Origin: Octopus bimaculoides
Lineage: Eukaryota
DNA: 45,742 nucleotides
NCBI RefSeq assembly: GCF_001194135.2
Contig: NC_068982.1
Span: forward strand, 105,403,135 to 105,448,876
Direction: 5' to 3'
Below, in pieces: positions 39,086-45,742 of this stretch. How positions within the stretch are numbered: the first letter of the stretch is position 1; each line of letters opens with the position of its first letter. Both the position numbers and the translations under genes were made by a program. Below the pieces are notes generated by a model. That model was not told where the DNA came from and made no database searches. It saw nothing but the letters and a program-made list of their open reading frames with translations.

Positions 39086-39120
39086 GTTTTACATTTCAAG
39101 CAAAGCTCTTCTTCAGAAAC
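39086..39120 (-). ncRNA. Minimal type I hammerhead ribozyme motif in a short element (~38985-39205)
   Basis: Minus strand: gttt CTGAAGA a gagc ttt gctt GAAA t GTA aaac. Intact core, 4 bp stems I and II, GUA cleavage triplet. Confidence 0.7.
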
Positions 39121-39359
39121 AGGAGACAGAAGAAAGTCCAAGAGAAAGATGGAAAGTCTAGAGGAAGATGGAGGAAAAAAATCGCCAACAGTCCACATGT
39201 GGTTAGCAGAAGTAACAGACTGACTCAATGTCTGAGAGATTCAGGTGTTGATAAGCACAAATGCACAAAACTCTCAGACTGTTACTTCTATTAATGAAAA
39301 TATACATATACTCATATTTGGAGTTCTATTTTTCCTGTTTGCATCAATAAACCTATATG

Positions 39360-39397
<38 letters not shown>

Positions 39398-39531
39398 TAT
39401 ATATATAAATCTATGGATGACCTAGTGAATTGCTAATGTATCTATATATTAAGTTTATATATGTATATCACTTTCTCTCTCTCACCACATACATATCTCT
39501 CTCTTACCATACACACATCTCTCTCTCTCAC

Positions 39532-39580
<49 letters not shown>

Positions 39581-39589
39581 TTCTATCTA

Positions 39590-39634
<45 letters not shown>

Positions 39635-39702
39635 ATATATCTATCCATTCATCTATCTATCCATTTATCCATCCGTCTGTCCATCTGTTATTCTGTTAAG
39701 TA

Positions 39703-39851
39703 CAGGCATAGCTGCATGGAAAGAAGCTTGCTACCCAACCATATGGTTCTGGGTTCAGTTCCACTGTGTGGCACCTTGGGCAAACATCTACTATAGCCTC
39801 AGGCCGACCAAAGCCTTATGAGTGAATCTGGTAGATGAAACTGACAGACGC

Positions 39852-39882
<31 letters not shown>

Positions 39883-40180
39883 TCATAGTTAATCCAAAAA
39901 AACAAAGTAAAAACAACAACGCGAGGACATGGTACATGCAAATATGTATATATTTATGTGTGTATGTTTTTGTGCCTGTGTTTGTCCCTTCCATCACTGC
40001 TTGACAAGTGGTGCTGGTGTGATTACATCCCTGTAACTTAGCGGAGACCAATAGAATAAGTACTAGGCTTAAAAAATAAGTCCTGGGGTTGATTCGTTAG
40101 ACCAAAAAAAACCCCCTCAAGGTGGGTGCTCCAGCATTGCCACAGTCCACTGACTGAAACAAGTAAAAGAATATAAGAAT
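39703..40180 (+). mobile_element. Complete bipartite SINE family B with (TA)n core carrying a ~55 bp insert
   Basis: Head 39703-39857; insert 39891-39946 resembles 39015-39050; 3' module follows. Confidence 0.85.
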
Positions 40181-40184
40181 GTAT

Positions 40185-41884
40185 ATCATCATCATCATTA
40201 TCATATAATTTCTGTTTTTCCATGTTGGCATGGCATGGACAGTTTGATCGGAGCTGGCAAGGCCAGGAGCCATATGAGGTTCCATTGTCTGTTTTGGCAT
40301 AGTTTCTACAGTGGGATGCCCTTTCTAATGCCAACCACATTATAGAGTGTACTGGATGCTTTTGATGAGACACCAGCACCAGAGCTTTTTACAAGGTACC
40401 ATCACTGACAGGGTCACCAAGTACCTTGCAAGACATATTGAAAAGGCAAAGCCTTTCAGTTAGGGGAGGTGAGTAGCTTTGAGGGAAGAGGAGGATTTGT
40501 GCCAGTTGAGAGATTAAAGGTATCTTGCTGTAAAGGTGTCTTGCCGTAAAGTAGATACATGGATATCCCAGTTGGAAAAGAAAGGAGAGCAACCTAGAGA
40601 GTAAGATACAGAGAGTGATAGTTAGAGGGATTATGGCAAAGATGTGTTGGGACATGCTCTTGAGGGACATCAAGGATGGTGAGAATAGTTGAAGTGATAC
40701 AAAGGTTTGGAATGGGTGAGTGAGCAGGATAGAGGTGACTGTAGCATATGATGGAGAGAAACCTAGGAGAGGCTTGGTGGGTGGGGGGGGGCAGAGTAGG
40801 GGTTGCAGTATATATGTGAGGGTATTGAGGGTGATGGAGGCACAATGGCCCAGTGGTTAGGGCAGCGGACTTGCGGTCATAGGATCGTGGTTTTGATTCC
40901 CAGACCGGGCAGTGTGAGTGTTTATTGAGCGAAAACACCTAAAGCTCCACGAGGTTCCGGCAGGAGGTGGTGGCGAACCCTGCTGTACTCTTTCACCACA
41001 ACTTTCTCTCACTCTTACTTCCTGTTTCTGTTGTGTCTGTGTCACGCTGAATCTCCCCGAGAACTACGTTAAGGGTACACGTGTCTATGGAGTGCTCAGC
41101 CACTTGCACGTTAATTTCATGAGCAGGCTGTTCCGTTGATCGGATCAGCTGGAACCCTCGACGTCATAAGCGACGGAGTACCAACAATATTGAGGGTGAT
41201 AAGCAAGGTATTAAGGATGGAGAACAGCAAAGAGGGGAGAAGGTGCCAAAAGAAGGTGACTGGCAGAGACAGTTGGGGTGGAGGTTGACAGGGCAGAGAG
41301 AATGGGAATGGGGGTGGAGCAGAGCCCCTCACGGACAAGCATTACCAAGGTGGTTTTAGGATATCACTTCTACTATGGTAGGCAAGTCTTCTTGAGTGCA
41401 GCAAGGTGCCAGGTATTCCAGTCCTTTGACATCTCCTTTGTAAGGCTTGGCATCTCAAGATCAGCCTTCAATACTTCATCCCATGTCTTCCTGGGTTTCC
41501 CTCTTCCACAAGTTCCATCCACTTTAAGTTATCAGCTTATGCAACTGTCCTCATCCATATGCATCACATGGCCAAACCAGTGTAGTCTTCTCTCTTAAAC
41601 ACTACTTCTAATTCCTTTTATGCCAAACTTTTCCCTGAATACATTAGCACTCTATTATGAATGCTCACTGACATTGCACATCCAGTGGTACATAGTAGTT
41701 TCAGTCTTTACTAGTCTTCACATGTCCTCTGCATTCAGGGCCGATGTCTTATCACCACATAGCTTTGTAGTGTTGAGACCTTTGATTGCCAACAGAGGTA
41801 AAAGCTCTCTGAACTTTCTCCATCCTATTCTTATTCTAGCAATTACACATCCAGTACACTGTCTTCCACTGCTAATTAGATCAC

Positions 41885-41885
<1 letters not shown>
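40185..41885 (-). mobile_element. 5'-truncated RTE LINE: ORF2 end, long pyrimidine-rich 3' UTR and tail, interrupted by a SINE
   Basis: 41395-41885 homologous to 7700-8250; continuous into the family tail at 40185-40380. Confidence 0.85.
40836..41187 (+). mobile_element. SINE family D inserted in the RTE 3' UTR
   Basis: 13 bp TSD TATTGAGGGTGAT at 40823-40835 and 41188-41200. Confidence 0.95.
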
Positions 41886-42477
<592 letters not shown>

Positions 42478-42869
42478 ATTACATCCCCTCTCAGACACCC
42501 ACTTGTCTGCTAGTCAAGTAAGTCTGGCTGGTGTGTAACAGTCCTGTTGAATATACAGAATGTACTCTCCCAGTGCAGTTTGTGTATATGTGCCTGCATG
42601 TGGGTGTGTGCGTGCGTGTACGTGTGTGTGTATGTGAATGTGGAAGGGGGACCTAAATGTTGCAGTGAATGGGAAAAAGGTTTGTGGGTGGTAACGAAAT
42701 GTTCTGGAACAATCTATATAATCAATTTGACACTGCAGCAGCAGCAACAACAACAACAGCAACAACAAAACCTTTACAAATATAAAAGCAAATCTCAATC
42801 AAAAAAATCAAGCAATAAAAAAATAAAATAAAGAAATTCTATTTTAAATAGAAATTGTTGGATACAGGT

Positions 42870-43114
42870 CCTAGCAGCAGCAGCAGTAGCAGCAGCAGTA
42901 GCAGCAGCAGTGGCAGCAGCAGTAGCAGCAGTAGCAGCAGCAGTAGCAGCAGCAGCAGTAGTAGTAGTAGTAGTATTAATAGTAGTAGTTGTAGTAGTTT
43001 AGGAATAGTAGTAGTAGTAGTTTAGCAGCAACAGTAGCAGTAATAGTAGTAGTAGTTGTTTAGTAATAGTAGTAGTAGTAGTTTATCAGTAGCAGCAGCA
43101 GCAGCAGCAGTAGC

Positions 43115-43156
<42 letters not shown>

Positions 43157-43475
43157 TTTGTAGTAGTATTAGGCAGGGACTTGAAGAGAAATTTTGCAAA
43201 TTTGAACAAGGTGCTTTTTGGGCCTTTGGAGTGAGTCCTCTCAAAAATACAAGGAGCTTCAGGTTTTCTTTTCTTTCTTATATAGGAAAGGCTCTGCTAG
43301 AAAATCATATCCTCTTCGTGTCTTCCTAGGCCCTAGACTGATGTACCTTGTTGGTGCTAGTGGTAGTGTTGGTGCTAGTGGTAGTGTTGGTGCTAGTGGT
43401 ATTGATGGTAATAGTAGTAGAACTGGTGGTGGCAGTTGTTGGAGTATTCAAGTTTTAGTCATAGTCATAACTCTT

Positions 43476-43545
<70 letters not shown>

Positions 43546-43560
43546 CAGCAGCAGCAACAC
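42870..43560. repeat. (AGC/AGT)n trinucleotide arrays and an 18 bp x3 minisatellite (~43351-43404)
   Basis: Direct reading; unit GGTGCTAGTGGTAGTGTT. Confidence 0.9.
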
Positions 43561-43821
43561 AGCAAGATTTTCCCCCGTTCCAGCTAAAAGAACAGATGAT
43601 GTAACAGTCTAGATTTAGGAGTGGTTTGATGTTTATGGTTTGCCAATTCTTTTTTCAGTGATTCTTTTCAAATATTCTTCCATTCTTTGATTCCTTAATT
43701 GGTTTCACTTGTTAGACTGTGGCCATGCTGGGGAACCCACACTCAAGGCTTTTAGTTTGTATCTGTGGCTGTTCTTATTTCAATTTGGTACATATCTTTA
43801 TTGGTCATATCATATTTTGTC

Positions 43822-43890
43822 AACGTCCGCTCTCCATGCTAGCATGGAAAGCGGACGTTAAATGATGATGATGATGATGATGATGATGAA
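43822..43890. mobile_element. Foldback RTE tail: 38 bp palindrome plus (GAT)n
   Basis: AACGTCCGCTCTCCATGCT|AGCATGGAAAGCGGACGTT; 18 of 19 positions pair. Confidence 0.9.
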
Positions 43891-43974
43891 ACGGATATAA
43901 TATGAACGATACTGGTATTTTTAGTTCTTCACAAACATAAATACACACATTATATACACAGAGATCATCGTTAC

Positions 43975-44095
43975 TGCCGACTACCACCACCATCACCACC
44001 ACCACCACCATCACCACCACCACCGCCACCACCACCGCCACTACCACCGCCACTACCACCGCCGCTGCCGCCACCACTACCACCACCACTACAGC
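43975..44095. repeat. (CAC/CGC)n microsatellite
   Basis: Direct reading. Confidence 0.95.
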
Positions 44096-44189
44096 CCTGT
44101 CATTGTCACTTTTACATCTGTATTTTCCATGGTGACATGAGCTGAACATGACTTCTTGAAGTAGTATTTTTGTGCTTATTGACTCTATG

Positions 44190-44440
44190 CATCAGCTGCA
44201 TATGAAGTCTACAATCCCTGCTAGCTTGCCTGTGATCTCACAATACCCGTTCCATCCTTGCGTATTGAGCATGAACATTTCTTGATGGTAGCAGAATCCT
44301 GTCTTCTTATCGAGTACTTTAGTCCTTATTAAGTTAACATTGATACCCCTCAGTTCTAGGTTTTGCTTCCAAAATAAATTTAAAGTCTGATGAAGACAAC
44401 AGTTAGCAAACCTTTGAAGTTACTATCAACCATTTTTCTT
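44190..44440 (+). mobile_element. Decayed Penelope-like GIY-YIG C-terminus followed by a hammerhead remnant
   Basis: SILAY / FLMVAESCLLIEYFSPY*VN resembles the ESLLI...P.LN end; CTGATGA at 44387-44393. Confidence 0.45.
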
Positions 44441-44747
44441 TTTGTTATCATATCCTTGTCCTTGTCATCATCATCATTATCATCATCATCGTTTTCAGGT
44501 TCACCTTTATTGTTGGCATGGGTTGCATGGGTCTGAGTCATCTATTAGGAGTTGTTGTTGCTTTCATGGACTGATGCTTGTATATATTTAGTTTCATTTC
44601 TATGGCTGAATGCTCTTTCTATTGCCAACTACTTAACAACTTAACAGAGTGCACAAGGTGTATTTTCATGATACCAACATGTTGAATAAAGGAACTCCAG
44701 AATTCCATGCATTCTCTGTTCAATTTGCCAACCACTTTTTGGTATAT

Positions 44748-45134
44748 TGTTGTTGTTGTTGGCACTCCATCACTTACGATGTTGAGCGTTCCAGTTGATT
44801 CGATCAACGGAACAACCTGCTCGTGAAATTAACATGCAAGTGGCTGAGTACTCCACAGACACGTGTACCCTTAACGTAGTTCTCGGGGAGATTCAGCATG
44901 ACACAGTGTGACAAGGCAGACCCTTTGAATTACAGGCACAACAGAAACAGGAAGTAAGAGTGAGAGAAAGTTGTGGTGAAAGAGTACAGCAGGGTTCGCC
45001 ACCATCCCCTGCCGGAGAATCGTGGAGCTTTAGGTGTTTTCGCTCAATAAACACTCACAACGCCCAGTCTGGGAATCAAAACCACGATCCTATGACCGCG
45101 AGTCTGCTGCCCTAACCACTGGGCCATTGCGCCT
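44748..45134 (-). mobile_element. SINE family D, longest copy
   Basis: TSD CCACTTTTTGGTATAT at 44732-44747 and 45135-45150 (partly overlaps the SINE head). Confidence 0.95.
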
Positions 45135-45320
45135 CCACTTTTTGGTATATAGTGGAGTTGTAATTGGCAATACTTTACTCCACCATTGTTGGGTAAGAAG
45201 CGGATCATTATATCAAATGTTAAAAAACTGGAATATTATTATAAAATGCCATTTTATATTGTGTTCATATCCTATAAGAATCAATTTTACTTTCAATATT
45301 TCTTAAGCTGTTTACTGTTT

Positions 45321-45742
45321 ATGAAATATATACTGACACATGTATATATCTACACAAACAAAGCAGGGAGATACACAACTCCCGAAAACACTCCAGACAC
45401 CAACACAAGCACACACAACTACAACACAAGCAACAAAACCCCAAAAGCAAGTACACACACAATGCTCACTGCCATCAACACAAAAAACTCAGAGTTGATG
45501 GAATACATCAACACAAAAACAAACATAACAAACGAAGACATAAAAACCAGCAACCACCCATACACAACACCGCCAGAACACATCAAAATACTACACATAA
45601 CACCAACCCTGCACCACACACTAAAATCTATTTTTCCAAAGGCAGTTGGCAAATGCCAAAAATACCTGGCGAAAAAACTATATAGTGATCTCCTCGAAGA
45701 AAACCCGAAGGAGGAGACACAAAAACTCTCAAACGGTAAGTG
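45321..45742 (+). CDS. A/C-rich ORF (at least 140 codons, runs off the window); probably a retroelement ORF, product unknown
   Basis: No stop from ATG 45321 to the window end: ...MLTAINTKNSELMEYINTKTNITNEDIK...LKSIFPKAVGKCQKYLAKKLYSDLLEENPKEETQKLSNG. Confidence 0.4.
   Translation, partial: MKYILTHVYIYTNKAGRYTTPENTPDTNTSTHNYNTSNKTPKASTHTMLTAINTKNSELMEYINTKTNITNEDIKTSNHPYTTPPEHIKILHITPTLHHTLKSIFPKAVGKCQKYLAKKLYSDLLEENPKEETQKLSNGK

Noticed and set aside
40836-40910. tRNA gene-like sequences here and at other SINE heads
   Set aside because: They continue into SINE bodies bounded by TSDs and lack a complete cloverleaf
42495-42517. 23 nt exon candidate after (GT)n
   Set aside because: Too short to assess and no supporting context
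43218-43604. 128 aa ORF with GASGSV repeats
   Set aside because: Built from an 18 bp minisatellite and a (GTA)n tract

Overview
AT-rich, repeat-saturated eukaryotic genomic DNA with two assembly gaps (1245-1707, 18378-18992). The SINE and RTE-LINE families look like those I recall from octopus genomes; this is recollection, not a database hit. I cannot support any host protein-coding gene: the window looks intronic or intergenic, and most listed ORFs are microsatellite or gap artefacts. It contains microsatellites and four tRNA-headed SINE families that I label A (GGCGAGCTGGCAGAAT head), B (bipartite, GTGGCTGTGTGGTAAG head), C and D (GGAGGCGC heads); several copies have clear 10-17 bp target-site duplications. 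It also contains RTE LINE fragments with ~65 bp tandem-repeat 3' UTRs and (GAT)n tails, an R4/Dong remnant, mariner, DD41D, pogo and Gypsy remnants, and foldback MITEs. The most notable signal is 4-5 hammerhead-ribozyme-like motifs (CUGANGA...GAAA...GUA with palindromic or minimal stem III) in unrelated short elements. Two of them adjoin decayed Penelope-type GIY-YIG C-termini, and several sit at (TA)n tracts. A 140-codon A/C-rich ORF that the ORF track misses runs off the right end. Repeat boundaries without a stated TSD are approximate.
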